Made by a program: the position numbers and the translations under genes | The notes under the pieces: model-generated | Told to the model about the DNA's origin: nothing | What the model saw: only the letters and a program-made list of their open reading frames with translations | Databases searched by the model: none | NCBI GenBank assembly: GCA_039930405.1 | Contig: JBDTTW010000221.1 | Location: 1 to 36,470, forward strand | Reading direction: 5' to 3' | DNA from: a bacterium | GTDB taxonomy: Bacteria > Acidobacteriota > Blastocatellia > Pyrinomonadales > Pyrinomonadaceae | Length of the DNA: 36,470 nt | Part shown: in pieces, positions 35,803 through 36,470 of the stretch | Position numbering within the stretch: position 1 is the stretch's first letter | How the letters are laid out: every line of letters begins with the position of its first letter

Positions 35803-36470
35803 TTAGTAATGCGTCAAGTCTTCAAAGGTCATACGCATTCGTTTGACGGCGATCTCGTGCGTCTGACAAATCCCAACGATTTCCAGAATCCGGTCTTCGG
35901 TCATGAGTGAACTCGAAATTAACACCTCGTCAACTTCATGTTGCCTGCAGATGGCGCTAAGATCGCCATTGCCGCCAAAGACCTTGAGGCCATGAATAAC
36001 TTTGCCGTACTTACCCGGATCGTCATCGACAAAACCCACCGGCGCGTATTTCAAAGCGCGATTATTTTGCAGCTCTCTTAGTAATAGTTCGCCCCCGTCG
36101 CCCGCGCCATAGATCAACACGCGCCGTCCCTCACCGGCTCCCGGCGCCGGCAGCATTTGCCGGAACAGGCGAAAAGCCATGCGGCTGCCGGCCAGAAACA
36201 TAAACATCAACATGGCGTCGATAATAAAGATCGTGCGCGAGAAGCCTTCGAAGCGAAACGCAAACAGCACTGCCAGCACGCTCAGCACTGAACTAAGCAT
36301 CACTGCCTTGGCAAAGACGATCAGATCGTCAAGACTTGTATAGCGCCAGATGCCGCGGTAGACACCCATCACCAGGAAAGCCGCCATCTTGACGAATACC
36401 AATACCGGAAGAGTGCGGAGGAAAAGTCTCCAGGCAGCGCTCCCCGAGAGCGCGCCGAATTTAACCGCGT
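35803..36470 (-). CDS. CapD/PglF/WbpM-like N-terminal module only (TM helices plus Rossmann-like linker domain). The N-terminus is off the right edge, and the stop comes before any catalytic domain.
   Basis: The frame stays open from 36402 to the window edge (my translation: AVKFGALSGSAAWRLFLRTLPV-LVFVKMAAFL...). It contains GVYRGIWRYTSLDDLIVFAKA, more TM helices, RVLIYGAGDGGELLLRELQNNRALKYAPVGFVDDDPGKYGKVIHGLKVFG and DEVLISS. It ends at ...MTFEDLTHY*, about where full-length family members continue into the dehydratase or sugar-transferase domain. Confidence 0.55.
   Translation of the reverse strand, partial: AVKFGALSGSAAWRLFLRTLPVLVFVKMAAFLVMGVYRGIWRYTSLDDLIVFAKAVMLSSVLSVLAVLFAFRFEGFSRTIFIIDAMLMFMFLAGSRMAFRLFRQMLPAPGAGEGRRVLIYGAGDGGELLLRELQNNRALKYAPVGFVDDDPGKYGKVIHGLKVFGGNGDLSAICRQHEVDEVLISSSLMTEDRILEIVGICQTHEIAVKRMRMTFEDLTHY

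Noticed and set aside
1-36470. Search for tRNA or rRNA genes, CRISPR arrays, IS elements, integrases and toxin-antitoxin or restriction-type defence genes
   Set aside because: I saw no regularly spaced repeats, cloverleaf-like segments, transposase or integrase-like ORFs, or long terminal inverted repeats. The only defence-flavoured element is the Mrr_N-like winged helix on the three-domain protein. That protein has no nuclease domain and sits inside the EPS operon.

Overview
The window is almost entirely a Gram-negative-type surface or exopolysaccharide (EPS) island linked to an exosortase (PEP-CTERM) sorting module. All calls come from reading the supplied translations and my own translation of edge ORFs; no searches were run.

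Left edge, minus strand:
- A PrsT-like TPR lipoprotein, partial and missing from the ORF track.
- An EpsI-family protein whose start overlaps the stop of an exosortase carrying the Cys/Arg/His signature.

A short lower-GC insert follows, holding a DoxX-like membrane protein and a secreted hypothetical.

Next is a ~24-kb array of 16 minus-strand genes (28813 down to 4709), with many 4-nt start/stop overlaps. In transcription order it encodes:
- a Wzy_C-type polymerase/ligase
- an unrecognised three-domain protein (winged helix, ATP-binding-like core, FkbM-like methyltransferase)
- a Wzx flippase
- AsnB-type amidotransferase 2
- a GT4
- a 1190-aa GT4::heparinase-II/III-like fusion
- AsnB-type amidotransferase 1
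- a PEP-CTERM/EpsH1-type GT4
- an ExoA-like GT2
- a clear AlgD-type GDP-mannose 6-dehydrogenase
- a DUF218 protein
- a secreted beta-helix protein
- a His-rich hypothetical
- a PhyH-type Fe/2OG dioxygenase
- two more GT4s

Right third of the window:
- an atypical long sigma-70/ECF-like protein, divergent across 557 bp from a small soluble protein with a zinc anti-sigma HxxxCxxC motif
- a FadD-type acyl-CoA ligase
- a second Wzy_C protein coupled to a TPR plus jelly-roll-like protein
- a CapD/PglF-like protein that stops before any catalytic domain and runs off the right edge

I found no rRNA, tRNA, CRISPR array, transposase or integrase, and no PEP-CTERM substrate gene. The most novel-looking items are the three-domain orphan, the GT4::heparinase-like fusion within its AsnB/AlgD context, the PhyH/His-rich/beta-helix block and the sigma-like/ZAS pair.
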